Positions 8,788 to 19,550 of a stretch of 64,000 nucleotides of DNA are shown here, piece by piece. The translations under genes were made by a program, and so were the position numbers. Where the stretch lies: the NCBI GenBank assembly GCA_049325335.1, contig JBMOMC010000001.1:256001-320000 (forward strand), in the 5' to 3' direction. The stretch is from Nitrospirota bacterium (GTDB lineage: Bacteria > Nitrospirota > Nitrospiria > 2-01-FULL-66-17). Each line of letters begins with the position of its first letter. Within the stretch, counting starts at the first letter, position 1. The notes under the pieces were generated by a model, which saw only the letters and a program-made list of their open reading frames with translations, was not told the origin of the DNA and made no database searches.

Positions 8788-10020
8788 TTAGAACTTCACC
8801 GACAAATCCGCCTGCAGCCGGTTGACGTCATTGGGACTTGTCGTGCTGTCTTCCATTTCAGTCAGAAAGTACTTGACCTTCACCTGTATCGACTTGGTGG
8901 GGCTATACGCCGCCCACATGATATGGCCTGCACGCCCGGTGCCGCCGTTGCCGAAGTCCGAATCCGCCACATCCGCCAATGTCGCATCGTTTCCCACGCG
9001 TTTGAAGAAGTACGCGGTTTCCCAGGTCTGCGGGTCGCTCGCTTTGCCCACGATCAGGCCCGCCTGGTACCCGCTGTCTTTGGTATTCGCCCCCGACGCG
9101 CTGACTGTGTCCGCCATGTTGGTCACATAGTCGCCCATGACCGCCACCGGCAGCGACGCAACCTTGGTGGCGACTTCCGCAGTGACGTCCAGCACGTTGT
9201 AGTCATTGACTAGCACCCCGGTGGCCGCCAGCGGGGTGGCGCACGCGCTCGCCCGGCTGTTGCCGTCCTGACACACGGCCTGACTCAGATTATTGTTCTG
9301 GACGTTGACCGCGTTGTAGTACGCCACGGCAAGGCCGGTTTTTACGTCCTTGATTGGACTCGCCTTGACTCCCAATTGCTGGGCGAACAGCCATTGGTCC
9401 GTGGACGGCTTGCCGCCGCTGTCTTCATCCAGCACGATCTGCGCCACATTCAAGAAGAGATCGGTATCACCCAGCTTCCACGCAAACTGTTCGGCCACGC
9501 CTTCGGGGTTGTAGTCGTCGTCCCAGACCGCGTCCGTGGAGTACACGGTCCAGAAGGGGTTGGCCATCCGGCCGCCGGTGAGCGTCAACCACCGCGTGTT
9601 CTCGCCTTGCCACCGCACGAACGCGCGGTCGATGTAGAGCGCGGTCTGGCTCGACAGGTTGTCGAAGCTCTTGTTGGTCGAGACCTGCTCGCCCGTGCCG
9701 CTCGCCAGACGAATGCCCACGGTGATGGTGTCCAGCTTCAGATCCGTGCTCACCCGTAGACGGAACCGCTGGCGGTGCCGGTCATCCGCGGTGTTGCGGT
9801 AGAACGATTCGTGCCGCAATCGCACGTCGCCGCTGAACGTCATGCGATCGAGGGAGGACGAGAACTTCTTCTTTTGCACCGACGCCGCTTCATCCTTGGT
9901 CAGAATGCCTTTGTCGAACAACAACTCCTCCAACGGCACGCGGCCTTCGGCAAACGCCTGGCCCCCTGCCGCCACTGCCGCCAACACCACTCCCGCCACC
10001 AGACTCCACCGATTGTGCAT
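8788..10020 (-). CDS. Putative outer-membrane porin (Porin_5-like), distal copy
   Basis: Signal peptide; [33 protein letters not shown]; ends [10 protein letters not shown]. Confidence 0.85.
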   Translation of the reverse strand: MHNRWSLVAGVVLAAVAAGGQAFAEGRVPLEELLFDKGILTKDEAASVQKKKFSSSLDRMTFSGDVRLRHESFYRNTADDRHRQRFRLRVSTDLKLDTITVGIRLASGTGEQVSTNKSFDNLSSQTALYIDRAFVRWQGENTRWLTLTGGRMANPFWTVYSTDAVWDDDYNPEGVAEQFAWKLGDTDLFLNVAQIVLDEDSGGKPSTDQWLFAQQLGVKASPIKDVKTGLAVAYYNAVNVQNNNLSQAVCQDGNSRASACATPLAATGVLVNDYNVLDVTAEVATKVASLPVAVMGDYVTNMADTVSASGANTKDSGYQAGLIVGKASDPQTWETAYFFKRVGNDATLADVADSDFGNGGTGRAGHIMWAAYSPTKSIQVKVKYFLTEMEDSTTSPNDVNRLQADLSVKF

Positions 10021-10062
10021 TCCACTTTCCTCCGAATACGTTGCTCGATGATTGACTTTCGT

Positions 10063-10260
10063 TTACCCCACCGCCCGGATCGCCTCGCGCCGGCAGGACG
10101 CCACCAAGCGTTCCCACGCCTGCCGTTTTCGCTCCACGCCGATCGTCCGATCGATCACGCCACCTTCCGCCCAGGGCGGGCCGCCTGCACCGACCGCCTT
10201 GGGCGAGCCATGACCACTCACCCCGTCCGCCTCATGCTGATTGCCCTTGTGATGTCCCAT
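10063..10260 (-). CDS. Small hypothetical protein (65 aa)
   Basis: Strong GAGGAGG RBS 5 nt before ATG 10260; lies between Pho-box-like repeats and the porin gene. Confidence 0.5.
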   Translation of the reverse strand: MGHHKGNQHEADGVSGHGSPKAVGAGGPPWAEGGVIDRTIGVERKRQAWERLVASCRREAIRAVG

Positions 10261-10319
10261 CGTCTCCTCCTCGTCTCTACGCGTCGCTCGTTTGTGTTGA
10301 CGGGAGCGTATCAAGCGTG

Positions 10320-10358
10320 CGTTGCGCGGACGTTATCGCTGTATTAAATGCGTGTAAC
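10320..10358 (-). promoter_or_regulatory. Pho-box-like array (four hexamers, 11-bp period)
   Basis: Minus strand GTTACA-N5-TTAATA-N5-ATAACG-N5-GCAACG upstream of the small ORF/porin/pstS unit. Confidence 0.6.
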
Positions 10359-10493
10359 AAATCCTCCTCACGCCTCGTCCCGATCTCCGCGGGGGACGAG
10401 CGGGGTGAAGATGGATTGATACGGCACACGCGTTCGGCGAGGACCGCGCGGCTGGGAATGAGGGGAGCGACGTCGGAACGACTGGTCTGGGAG

Positions 10494-11147
10494 TCAGACC
10501 GTGGTGTGTCTGATGATCTTGCCTTCCACGAGGTAGACGACCATCTCGGCCACGTTGGTGGCGTGGTCCGCGATGCGTTCGATGTACTTAGCCACGAACG
10601 TGATGCGGATAGCGCGGCGGATGGTTTGCGGATTTTCCATCATATAGGAGAGTAATTCGCGAAAAATCTGGCCGGTCAATTCGTCCACGAACGCGTCGTC
10701 GCGGCAGACCTTGCGGGCGAGGTCCGCGTTCCGGTTCACGAACGCGTCCAACGCCTCTTTGACCATGGTACGCGCGTGCTCCGCCATGCGGGGGATGTCG
10801 ATGTATGGTTTGAGCTGCGGCTCGTCCGTCAGCTCGATTGCGCGCTCGCAGATGTCTTCGGCCAGATCGCTCATGCGCTCCAGATCGGTGGAAATTTTCA
10901 TAGCCGTGGTCACGAAGCGCAAATCGCTCGCCGCGGGCTGTCGCAGCGCGATCAACCGGATGCATTCTTCGTCGATTTCCACGTCGTAGGCGTTGACCTG
11001 ATGATCGGTCGCGATCACGCGGCGCGCCAGCTCCGAGTCGCGCTCCACCAGGGCTTTGATCGCGTTGGCCACCTGGACTTCCACTAAGGCGCCCATCCGC
11101 AGGATGCGCTCCTTGAGCGCGGTGAGTTCTTCGTCGAATCGTCGCAT
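10494..11147 (-). CDS. phoU: Phosphate signalling protein PhoU
   Basis: QPAASDLRF..KISTDLERMSD and YIERIADHATNVAE. Confidence 0.96.
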   Translation of the reverse strand: MRRFDEELTALKERILRMGALVEVQVANAIKALVERDSELARRVIATDHQVNAYDVEIDEECIRLIALRQPAASDLRFVTTAMKISTDLERMSDLAEDICERAIELTDEPQLKPYIDIPRMAEHARTMVKEALDAFVNRNADLARKVCRDDAFVDELTGQIFRELLSYMMENPQTIRRAIRITFVAKYIERIADHATNVAEMVVYLVEGKIIRHTTV

Positions 11148-11148
11148 G

Positions 11149-11910
11149 TCAACCGAACCTCCCGGTGACGTAATCTTCGGTGAGTTTTTGCCCGGGGTTG
11201 GTGAAGATGTTCGAGGTGGGGCCGTATTCCACCACCTTCCCGAGCATGAAAAACGCGGTGGAATCCGAAATCCGCGCGGCTTGTTGCATGTTGTGGGTCA
11301 CGATCACCATCGTATAACTTTTCTTCAAGTCCACCAAGAGTTCTTCGATCTTGGCGGTGGCGATGGGGTCCAGCGCGGAGGTGGGCTCATCCAGCAGCAG
11401 GACCTCGGGTTTGACGGCGAGCGCCCGGGCGATGCACAACCGCTGTTGCTGTCCGCCCGAGAGCGCCCACGCCATGTGCCGCAATTTGTCCTTGACCTCG
11501 TCCCAGATCGCGGCCTGCTTGAGACTCTCTTCCACCAAGGCGTCGAGTTGCGCGCGGTCCGTGATGCCGCACAACCGCGGCCCGTACGCGACGTTCTCGT
11601 AGATGGACTTAGGAAACGGATTGGGCTTCTGGAACACCATCCCGATCCGCAGCCGAATGCCGATGGGGTCCACGCCCGGTCCGTAAATGTCCTGGCCTTT
11701 GAACTTGAGCGAGCCGCTCACCCGAAACCCCGGCACCAAATCATTGATCCGGTTCAAGCACCGGATGAACGTGCTCTTGCCGCACCCGGACGGACCGATG
11801 ACAGCGGTGATGCGCTGCTCGGCAATGCCGAGCGAGACCTCGCGGAGCGCCTGATTCACTCCATACCACGCGTCCATGCCGTGAATCTCGAAAGCCGAAG
11901 CCGTGCCCAT
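11149..11910 (-). CDS. pstB: Phosphate ABC ATP-binding protein
   Basis: [57 protein letters not shown]. Confidence 0.97.
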   Translation of the reverse strand: MGTASAFEIHGMDAWYGVNQALREVSLGIAEQRITAVIGPSGCGKSTFIRCLNRINDLVPGFRVSGSLKFKGQDIYGPGVDPIGIRLRIGMVFQKPNPFPKSIYENVAYGPRLCGITDRAQLDALVEESLKQAAIWDEVKDKLRHMAWALSGGQQQRLCIARALAVKPEVLLLDEPTSALDPIATAKIEELLVDLKKSYTMVIVTHNMQQAARISDSTAFFMLGKVVEYGPTSNIFTNPGQKLTEDYVTGRFG

Positions 11911-11919
11911 AAGAACTCG

Positions 11920-12801
11920 CTACAGTTGGACTCTTCTCTGGTATCGATGGCGCAGATACACCGCCACTGCATTGAGCAACAGCAATACAGCCAACAGGAC
12001 CAAGATTGCGGCCGCGGCATTGACGTGAAAGCCAGGCTGCGGCCGCGACACCCAATTAAAAATCTGGATCGGCAACGCGGTGAACGGAGCGAACACGCTG
12101 TCGGGCAAAAACGCCACGTAGGTCAACGCGCCGATGGTGATCAGGGGCGCGGCCTCGCCGATCGCGCGCGAGAACGCGAGGATCGACCCGGTGAGGATGC
12201 CGGGCAACGCCATGGGCAGCACCTGGTACCAAATCGTCTGCCACCGTGTGGCGCCCAACGCGCACGAGGCCTCGCGGATGGAATTGGGCACGGTCCGGAG
12301 CGCCTCGCGCGACGCGATGATAATAATCGGCAATACCAACAAGGCCATGGTCAGGGCGCCCGCGAGAAGACTGCGCTCCAATTTGAGCGCGCGCACAAAC
12401 AGTTCGAGCCCGAGCAGGCCGTACACGATCGAGGGTACGCCCGCCAGATTCGCGATATTGACCTCGATGATGCGCGACCACCACGTCTTGCCCGCGTACT
12501 CCTCCAGGTACACCGCCGCGCCCACGCCGATGGGGAGCGCGAAGGCCGCAGTCAGCAGGATCAGCGCGACCGACCCCACCAATGCCGCGAGAATACCGGC
12601 CTCCTCGGGCCGCCGCGAGGGAAAGCTGGCTAGGAATTGCCACGACAACCGCCCCGCGCCGTCGATCAACGCATCCAGAAACAACGCCGCCAGACTCCCC
12701 AATGCCACCAGCAGCGCGCCCGCGGCCGCGACCCGGAACCCGGTCTCGGCGAGATGGCGCTGGGCGAGCATACGAGCCAGCGCGTCGCTCTCAAGCCTCA
12801 C
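11920..12801 (-). CDS. pstA: Phosphate ABC permease
   Basis: [14 protein letters not shown] and [15 protein letters not shown] start overlaps the pstC stop (GTGA). Confidence 0.94.
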   Translation of the reverse strand: MRLESDALARMLAQRHLAETGFRVAAAGALLVALGSLAALFLDALIDGAGRLSWQFLASFPSRRPEEAGILAALVGSVALILLTAAFALPIGVGAAVYLEEYAGKTWWSRIIEVNIANLAGVPSIVYGLLGLELFVRALKLERSLLAGALTMALLVLPIIIIASREALRTVPNSIREASCALGATRWQTIWYQVLPMALPGILTGSILAFSRAIGEAAPLITIGALTYVAFLPDSVFAPFTALPIQIFNWVSRPQPGFHVNAAAAILVLLAVLLLLNAVAVYLRHRYQRRVQL

Positions 12802-13694
12802 GCTTCCCGCTCCTGAAACCGCTGGCGCAGCCACTGGCTGAGCACGTTGAGCGCCAGCGTGCCGAGAAACAGCATCATGCCCACCGCGAAAATCGTCCGG
12901 TACTCGATGGTCCCGGTTGGCGTGTCGCCCAGGCTGACCTGCACGATATACGCGGTCATGGTTTCGATGGGCACGGTGGGATCGAGCGTGAGGCGCGGCT
13001 GCTGCCCCGCGGCAATAGCCAGGATCATGGTCTCGCCGATCGCCCGGGACACGCCCAGGAGCACGGAGGCCGCGATCCCCGAAAACGCGGACGGCACCAC
13101 CACCTTCAACGCCACTTGGAGTTTGGACGAGCCCAACGCATACGCGCCCTCGCGCAAGCTTTGCGGCACCGCGTACATGGCGTCCTCGGAGAGCGACGAG
13201 ATCATGGGAATGATCATGATGCCGATTACGATCCCGGGCGCGAGCGCGTTAAACCCCGAAAGAGTGGGAATGACTATTTGCAGCAGCGGAGTCACGAACA
13301 GCAACGCGAAGTACCCGTAGACCACGGTGGGAATGCCCGCCAACACCTCCAACACGGGCTTGACCACGCGACGCAGCCGCTCGCCCGCGTATTCGCTCAA
13401 ATACACCGCGCTGACCAGGCCGATCGGGAGCGCCACCAATATCGCGATCCCCGCGGTCAACGCCGTGCCGCAGACCAAGGGCAGGATGCCGAAGTGTTTA
13501 TCCGCGAAGAGCGGGGTCCACTGCGTGTCGGTGAGAAAGTCGACCACGGACACCTCGCGGAAAAACGCCGTGGTCTCGAACAGGAGGACGCCGACAATGC
13601 CAAGCGTGGTGACGATCGACAGCGCCCCGCACAGCAGGAGCACAGCGTGCACCGCCCGCTCTTGCACGTACTGAGTGCCGGTTCGCGCGATCAT
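12798..13694 (-). CDS. pstC: Phosphate ABC permease
   Basis: [39 protein letters not shown]. Confidence 0.95.
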   Translation of the reverse strand: MIARTGTQYVQERAVHAVLLLCGALSIVTTLGIVGVLLFETTAFFREVSVVDFLTDTQWTPLFADKHFGILPLVCGTALTAGIAILVALPIGLVSAVYLSEYAGERLRRVVKPVLEVLAGIPTVVYGYFALLFVTPLLQIVIPTLSGFNALAPGIVIGIMIIPMISSLSEDAMYAVPQSLREGAYALGSSKLQVALKVVVPSAFSGIAASVLLGVSRAIGETMILAIAAGQQPRLTLDPTVPIETMTAYIVQVSLGDTPTGTIEYRTIFAVGMMLFLGTLALNVLSQWLRQRFQEREA

Positions 13695-13732
13695 CCCCGC
13701 TCGTGTCCCTAGGGGTGAGTCATCGACTCGCG

Positions 13733-14785
13733 CTACTTGGCCTCGGCTGCCAACAACGACTCAATCGTGACCCCCACCTGCGACCCCTTGCCCGCGAACA
13801 CCGACCCCGTGGTTCGGGCTTGCACCCGTTTGAGCGCCAATTCATAGGCCGTGTCCGGCAAAGGGATGTACCCGACTTCGGTCACCAGCTCCCGCCCGGC
13901 GGTGAGGTAAAACGTCACGAAGTCCGCGATCTCAGGGCGGTCCAATGCCTTCTTGTTGACGTACACGAAGATCGGGCGCGACAACGGCTGGTACGTGCCG
14001 TTCTTGATGGTCTCCGCCGTGGGCACGATCGGACCCGCGCCGTTCTTGGGACTCTCATCGTCGACTGGCACCAACTTGAGGCGCGCCTTGTTGCTCTCGT
14101 AGTACGCCACGCCGAAAAATCCCAGCGCCAAGGGATCGTTCGCAATGCCTTGGACCAACACATTGTCGTCCTCGCTCGCAGTGTAGTCTCCGCGGCTGGC
14201 ATGCTCCTGGCCGATCACGGCCTCGGTAAAGTAATCGTATGTGCCCGAGTCGACCCCGGCGCCGAAGAGTCTGATCTCCTTGTCCGGCCAACCCGGCCGC
14301 ACCTGGTTCCAGCGCGTGATCTTACCCTGCGCCGCGGGCTCCCACAGCTTCTTGAGTTCCGCCACCGTCATGCTGCTCGCCCACGTGTTCTTGGGATTCA
14401 CCATCACGGCCAAGCCGTCGAACGCGACCGGCAACTCGATATATTCGACCTTCTTGTCAGCGCACTGTTTGAGCTCGGTGGCCTTGATGGGCCGCGACGC
14501 GTCCGCGAGATCAATTTCCCCACCGCAGAACTTCTTGAACCCGCCGCCGGTGCCGGAGATTCCGACCGTGATCCGCACCGCACGGTTCTTCTTTTGAAAT
14601 TCTTCCGCCACCGCCTCGGTAATGGGGTACACCGTGCTGGAGCCGTCGATTTTGATCAACGTGGCGGCACCCGTGGGTCCCGGAAACGCCGTGCACCAGA
14701 CAACCAGCAGCACCCCCCCCAGACCGATCCGTCCGCCAACATGCCCCGGCACACGCAACCGCCTCGTGATCAGTGACTCATTCAT
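13733..14785 (-). CDS. pstS: Phosphate ABC substrate-binding protein (operon-proximal copy)
   Basis: Same motifs as 7739-8755 ([28 protein letters not shown]). Confidence 0.93.
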   Translation of the reverse strand: MNESLITRRLRVPGHVGGRIGLGGVLLVVWCTAFPGPTGAATLIKIDGSSTVYPITEAVAEEFQKKNRAVRITVGISGTGGGFKKFCGGEIDLADASRPIKATELKQCADKKVEYIELPVAFDGLAVMVNPKNTWASSMTVAELKKLWEPAAQGKITRWNQVRPGWPDKEIRLFGAGVDSGTYDYFTEAVIGQEHASRGDYTASEDDNVLVQGIANDPLALGFFGVAYYESNKARLKLVPVDDESPKNGAGPIVPTAETIKNGTYQPLSRPIFVYVNKKALDRPEIADFVTFYLTAGRELVTEVGYIPLPDTAYELALKRVQARTTGSVFAGKGSQVGVTIESLLAAEAK

Positions 14786-14794
14786 CCGATTTCG

Positions 14795-16045
14795 TCAGAA
14801 CTTGACTGACGCCTCGACCTGCAGCCGCTTGACGTCGCCGTTGTTGCCCCCGTTGTTCGCCAGCGCCGGATCCTCGACGCGCGAGATAAAATACTTGGCC
14901 TTGAGCTGCACCGCTTTGGAAGGGTTGTAGGCCGCCCACACAATATGCCCCTTGCGATTCGTCCCGCCCTTGAAGCCGAAATCCGAATCCGCGATATCGG
15001 CCAAGGTCGCATCGGCGCCGACTTTCTTGTAGAAGTACGCAGCCTCCCAGGTCTTCGGGTCGCTCGCCTTGCCCAGGATCAGCCCGGCCTGGTAGCCGCC
15101 GTCTTTGGTATCCGAACCGCCGACCGCGCTCTTTGTATCCGCGGTGTTTTTGACCGCATCCGCCATGACCGCCACCGGCAACCCACCGACTTTGGCGGAC
15201 GCCATCGCGGTGAGGCCGAACACGTTGTAGTCGTTGACCAATCTTCCGGTGGTTCCCAAGGGCGTGCCGCACGCATCCACCCGGCTATTGCCGTCCTGAC
15301 ACACAGTTTGACCAAGGTTGCCATTCTGCGTATTGACCGCGTTGAGGTAGGTGACGGCCACCGCGGCTTTGGTGGTCGACGTCGGCTTGGCTTGTACGCC
15401 AATCTGCTGGCCGAACAGCCATTGGTCCGTGGAAAGGCTGCCGCTGGAATCTTCGTCGAGCACGATCTGCGCGAGATTCACAAACAGCTCGGCCTCAGCG
15501 ATCTTGACCGCGACATTCTGCGCAAGGCCCTCGGGATTGAACTCTTCGTCCCACACGAGATCGGATGAATACACGGTATAGAACGGATTCGGCATCCGCC
15601 CGCCGGTGACCGTCAGCCACTTCGCGCTCTCGCCGTGCCACCGGACGAATGCGCGATCGATCCACACCGGCTTCTGGCTCGACAGCGCGTCCAAGGTCTG
15701 GTTGGCGGAGCCCTGGTCGCCGGAACCGCTCGCCAGGCGAATGCCGACCGTGAGGTTCTCGATCTTCACATCCGCGCCGAAGCGCAGCCGGAACCGCTGA
15801 CGATGTTGATCATCAGCCGTGTTGCGATAGAACGATTCATGCCGCAACCGGATATCACCCCCAACCGCGATCCGGTCCAGCCACGCCGACAACGTCGCAC
15901 CCTGAACCGACGCCGCCTCGTCTTTGGTAATCACACCCTTCTCGACCAACAGGTCTGCCAAGGGTTTACGTCCCTCCGCTCCCGCCAATGTCGCGGCCAG
16001 CAGCGTCCACGGCCCGACCACGAGGCCTGCGATCCATCGTTTCAT
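14795..16045 (-). CDS. Putative outer-membrane porin (Porin_5-like), operon-proximal copy
   Basis: Signal peptide; [17 protein letters not shown]; ends RLQVEASVKF; clear paralogue of 8788-10020; GGAGGG RBS. Confidence 0.85.
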   Translation of the reverse strand: MKRWIAGLVVGPWTLLAATLAGAEGRKPLADLLVEKGVITKDEAASVQGATLSAWLDRIAVGGDIRLRHESFYRNTADDQHRQRFRLRFGADVKIENLTVGIRLASGSGDQGSANQTLDALSSQKPVWIDRAFVRWHGESAKWLTVTGGRMPNPFYTVYSSDLVWDEEFNPEGLAQNVAVKIAEAELFVNLAQIVLDEDSSGSLSTDQWLFGQQIGVQAKPTSTTKAAVAVTYLNAVNTQNGNLGQTVCQDGNSRVDACGTPLGTTGRLVNDYNVFGLTAMASAKVGGLPVAVMADAVKNTADTKSAVGGSDTKDGGYQAGLILGKASDPKTWEAAYFYKKVGADATLADIADSDFGFKGGTNRKGHIVWAAYNPSKAVQLKAKYFISRVEDPALANNGGNNGDVKRLQVEASVKF

Positions 16046-16186
16046 GCGTCTCCCTCCACGTCCGGATTGGGTTCAGACCATCGCAACCAGTTCACCGCGC
16101 GTAGCCATCCAGACGAGATCCGTACGGGAGAAGCGGATCGCGCGCGGGTCTGTATCGCGCGTGACCGGGTCACGGTAACAACGATA

Positions 16187-16225
16187 TGTTTCGTCGTTGT
16201 TACTTGTGTGTTAACCCAATGTAAA
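16187..16225 (-). promoter_or_regulatory. Pho-box-like array (four hexamers, 11-bp period)
   Basis: Minus strand TTTACA-N5-TTAACA-N5-GTAACA-N5-GAAACA upstream of porin-pstSCAB-phoU. Confidence 0.75.
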
Positions 16226-16253
16226 TTGTCGGCCTGGGGTCGGGAGGGGTCTC

Positions 16254-16739
16254 CTAGTCAGCGTCGCGTCGCGCGTCAGGATTCGTGGACGACGGGGAAA
16301 AGCGGATCGCCAGGATTCTGACGCCGCTGAGCACCGCGATGACCGACAGCAGCAACGTAAACGTCGTCCCCTCGCCGCCTTTAAGCCAGAGGGAGAGAAT
16401 TTCCGTCAACATGACGACCAGAATCGTATCCACGATGAACGTGACCTTAACCCGGCCTTCGGTCAGGTACGCCAACGTGGTCCGGAATACCTCGACCATC
16501 GCCAGCAACATGAGCACGCCGATCAAGACGTGCTGGAGCACGGTATCGACGCCAGCCGTGCCCAGCGCCAGCAGTTCCAGACCCACGGCTACCACACCGA
16601 TCAACAACGTGAGCACGATCAACCCGAGCAACACGCTAAGCACCGTCTTGATCGCGGTGGTCCACAGCCGCGTGGAATCCAATCCCCCGATCGAGGGCAG
16701 CCGCTGCCACACACCGTCCCATGTCATGAAAAACGCCAT
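16254..16739 (-). CDS. Phosphate-starvation-inducible PsiE-family membrane protein
   Basis: 4 TM helices; LLAMVEVFRTTLAYLTEGRVKVTFIVD; AGGAGG RBS before ATG 16739. Confidence 0.8.
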   Translation of the reverse strand: MAFFMTWDGVWQRLPSIGGLDSTRLWTTAIKTVLSVLLGLIVLTLLIGVVAVGLELLALGTAGVDTVLQHVLIGVLMLLAMVEVFRTTLAYLTEGRVKVTFIVDTILVVMLTEILSLWLKGGEGTTFTLLLSVIAVLSGVRILAIRFSPSSTNPDARRDAD

Positions 16740-16909
16740 ACCGTTCCTCCTGTTCCCGTCATCGCCTCTTCTTGTTGTTCTCTCGCGTCGAGCATAACCG
16801 GCCAACGTTACCCCGGTATTGCGAACGCGTTGAGGCCACGTAAATTTTCACGGCGGTCCTCGGTGCGCGGCGTGGACTGGCCGCCGAAGCGTGTGTTACG
16901 ATCCGGCGC

Positions 16910-18085
16910 ATGGAACCCCTGTGGCTGATCGCGGCGTTATTGGTCGCGTGGATGATCGTGGTCGGCGTCGCGTTGTTTCGTCGCCGATCCGACCCCGCGC
17001 TCGAGCTGCTCCAACAGCAGCTCGACGCCATGAACCGTCAGCTCAGCGAATCAGCGGGAGGGGCGAAATTAATGCACGACCGGCTCGGCCAGGTCACGCA
17101 AGATGTCAATGGCCAACTCTCGGCGATCACAACCCAAGTCAACGGCCAGTTGGGGCTGATCACCACCCAGGTCAACCAGCAACTCACGGCCATTGGCAAA
17201 CAGGTCCAGGAAGCCACCGGGCAGATGGGCACGCGGCTGGACAACGCGGCCCGCGTGGTGGGCGAGGTCCGGCAAAACTTGGGCGAACTGACCAAGGCCA
17301 CCGAGCGCGTGTTCGACGTAGGCAAGGACATCGCCAGCCTGCAGGAGATCCTGCGCGCGCCCAAACTACGCGGCGTGTTGGGCGAATTGTTTCTAGGCGA
17401 TTTGCTCGGCCAGATCCTACCGCCCACGCACTATGCGCTGCAATACAAGTTCAAGAGCGGTGAGGCCGTGGACGCGGCCATCCACTTAGGGCAAGGCATT
17501 GTCCCGGTGGACAGTAAGTTCCCGTTGGAAAATTTTCGCCGCGTGATCGCGAGCGAGGCCGAGGACGAGCGTAAGGCCGCCAAGAAAAAGTTCTCGACTG
17601 ACGTGAAAAAACACATCGACGCCATCGCCACCAAGTACATTTTGCCGGACGAAGGTACGTTCGACTTCGCGCTCATGTACATCCCGGCTGAGAACGTGTA
17701 CTACGAAGTGATCTTGAAAGACGACGCGTTCGGCGAGGACAAGGGCCTGTGCGCCTACGCGCTCGCGCAACGCGTGATCCCGGTCTCGCCCAACAGCTTC
17801 TACGCGTACCTGCAAGCCATCGTGCTCGGACTCAAAGGCCTGCGCATCGAAAAGAACGCGCAGGAGATGATCCAGCACCTCAAACGGTTACAGGGCGACT
17901 TTCAACGATTCCGGGACGACTTCGAGGTGTTGGGCAAACACCTGGGCAACACGCGCGGCAAGTACGAAGATGCGGCCAAACGCCTGGAACGTTTCGGCGA
18001 GAAACTCGCGAGCGTGGAAGACTCGGCCGCAGCGCCGACTCTCGAAGTCGACGCCACTCCGCCAGCTCAACGACCATTGCTGTAA
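16910..18085 (+). CDS. rmuC: DNA recombination protein RmuC
   Basis: N-terminal TM plus coiled coil; PKLRGVLGE, PVDSKFPLE, KYILPDEGTFDFALMYIPAENVY, VSPNSF. Confidence 0.93.
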   Translation: MEPLWLIAALLVAWMIVVGVALFRRRSDPALELLQQQLDAMNRQLSESAGGAKLMHDRLGQVTQDVNGQLSAITTQVNGQLGLITTQVNQQLTAIGKQVQEATGQMGTRLDNAARVVGEVRQNLGELTKATERVFDVGKDIASLQEILRAPKLRGVLGELFLGDLLGQILPPTHYALQYKFKSGEAVDAAIHLGQGIVPVDSKFPLENFRRVIASEAEDERKAAKKKFSTDVKKHIDAIATKYILPDEGTFDFALMYIPAENVYYEVILKDDAFGEDKGLCAYALAQRVIPVSPNSFYAYLQAIVLGLKGLRIEKNAQEMIQHLKRLQGDFQRFRDDFEVLGKHLGNTRGKYEDAAKRLERFGEKLASVEDSAAAPTLEVDATPPAQRPLL

Positions 18086-18088
18086 GGG

Positions 18089-18382
18089 CTAGACAGGCCG
18101 TTCCGGCTCGTCTTCATTGGGAACGATGAAGATGAGCGCCACATACAGCAACACCACCACGCCGAACGAGATGAACGCGGCCAGCACCCAGAGGACGCGC
18201 ACGATCGCGGGATCGATCCCCAGGTAGTCCGCCATCCCGCCGCAAATGCCCGCGAGTTTGCGGTCACGACGCGATCGCGTCAACCGCTTCGCCATCCCCG
18301 GCGGGGTCAACGACGACCCGCAGTAGCGACACTTGATCGCATCGGTCTGAATTTCTTCCGCGCAGTAAGCGCACCGCTTCAT
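18089..18382 (-). CDS. PspC-domain protein with N-terminal zinc ribbon
   Basis: CAYCAEEI..KCRYCG, then KRLTRSRRDRKLAGICGGMADYLGIDP. Confidence 0.9.
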   Translation of the reverse strand: MKRCAYCAEEIQTDAIKCRYCGSSLTPPGMAKRLTRSRRDRKLAGICGGMADYLGIDPAIVRVLWVLAAFISFGVVVLLYVALIFIVPNEDEPERPV

Positions 18383-18535
18383 GCCGCGACGTTACCAAAC
18401 GCGACCGCCACGCGTCCAGCCGCGTCCGCGCCCCGTTCGGTTCTCATTCCGCGGACTCCGTGGTACCCTTCGTGCTCGCCGGCGGACGACCGGCCCTATA
18501 CCGGTTCGTCACCGTCGCGGTAAACGGAGGGCCTG

Positions 18536-19498
18536 ATGACCACAGGGCGATCAACCTTCAGCGCATTGGCGCTCTTGGCGGCGCTTACCGCGCCGTTCAT
18601 CGCGGCCGGGGCGGATATTTTTACCTGGACCGACGAGCGGGGCACCATCCATTTTTCGGATTCCACGAGCGACGTCCCCGCGCGATACCGCCACTCGATC
18701 AAAGCCAAACAATTCGGCCCTGACGACACGAGCCCTCCGGCCAACGCGCCGGCCGCGCCGCAACTCTCCGACGATGACGAGGAGATGGCCCCGCCCGCCG
18801 GTTCCCAAGCGCCCGTCGCGCAGACGCGCAAGCGATTCGAGGTGCCCTACCAGGCCTATGAAGGAAACGCCAAGCGGCTCCTGGTGTCCGCGCGGTTCAA
18901 CGACCGGGTCACCGCCCGGATGATTTTGGACACCGGCGCGCCGCGCTCGCTCATTTCCATGAACGTCGCGAACGACCTGGGACTGCTCGATGACGACCAA
19001 GGACAACTCGTGGTCGCGATCGGCGGTATCGGCGGAAGCACGACCGCGATTCGAACCGTCATCAACAGCATCCAGATCGGCGGCGCGCGGATCGAGTTCG
19101 TCCCCGTGGAGATATCCAAATCCATCTCCGACGCATTCGAGGGACTGATCGGGATGGATTTCCTGGGGGACTACTCGATGAGCGTCGACCCCACCAAGCG
19201 ACTGGTGATTTTCGAAGAGGTTCCCGACACCACCGACCGACCAGGCGGGCGGGATGAAACCTGGTGGCGCAACACCTTCAGCGAATTTGCGGCCTATCAC
19301 AACCACTGGAAGCAGACCTTCACGACGATCGAGAAAGAGTTGACGCAGACCAGCGTCACGACCGCAAGGACCCGCGGCGACCTGGAGCGACGCCGCGACC
19401 TCGCCAAACGGCAATCCCAAGAAGCCGAAAAACTCATGGATCGCCTGCACCGCTTCGCCCGCGAACACGCCGTGCCCATGCACTGGCGAACCTACTGA
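18536..19498 (+). CDS. DUF4124 + retropepsin-like (clan AA) aspartyl protease, secreted
   Basis: Signal peptide; IFTWTDERGTIHFSD; MILDTGA; GLIGMDFL; GGAGG RBS. Confidence 0.85.
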   Translation: MTTGRSTFSALALLAALTAPFIAAGADIFTWTDERGTIHFSDSTSDVPARYRHSIKAKQFGPDDTSPPANAPAAPQLSDDDEEMAPPAGSQAPVAQTRKRFEVPYQAYEGNAKRLLVSARFNDRVTARMILDTGAPRSLISMNVANDLGLLDDDQGQLVVAIGGIGGSTTAIRTVINSIQIGGARIEFVPVEISKSISDAFEGLIGMDFLGDYSMSVDPTKRLVIFEEVPDTTDRPGGRDETWWRNTFSEFAAYHNHWKQTFTTIEKELTQTSVTTARTRGDLERRRDLAKRQSQEAEKLMDRLHRFAREHAVPMHWRTY

Positions 19499-19550
19499 CG
19501 CGATGCCTATTCGGAATGTCCCATGACTTTCCTATGCTAAACTTACCGCC

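Noticed and set aside
11056..12633. 525-aa plus-strand ORF and similar long antisense ORFs (13703-14776, 29810-31168, 54678-56021, 57712-59040)
   Set aside because: Shadows of well-supported genes on the opposite strand.
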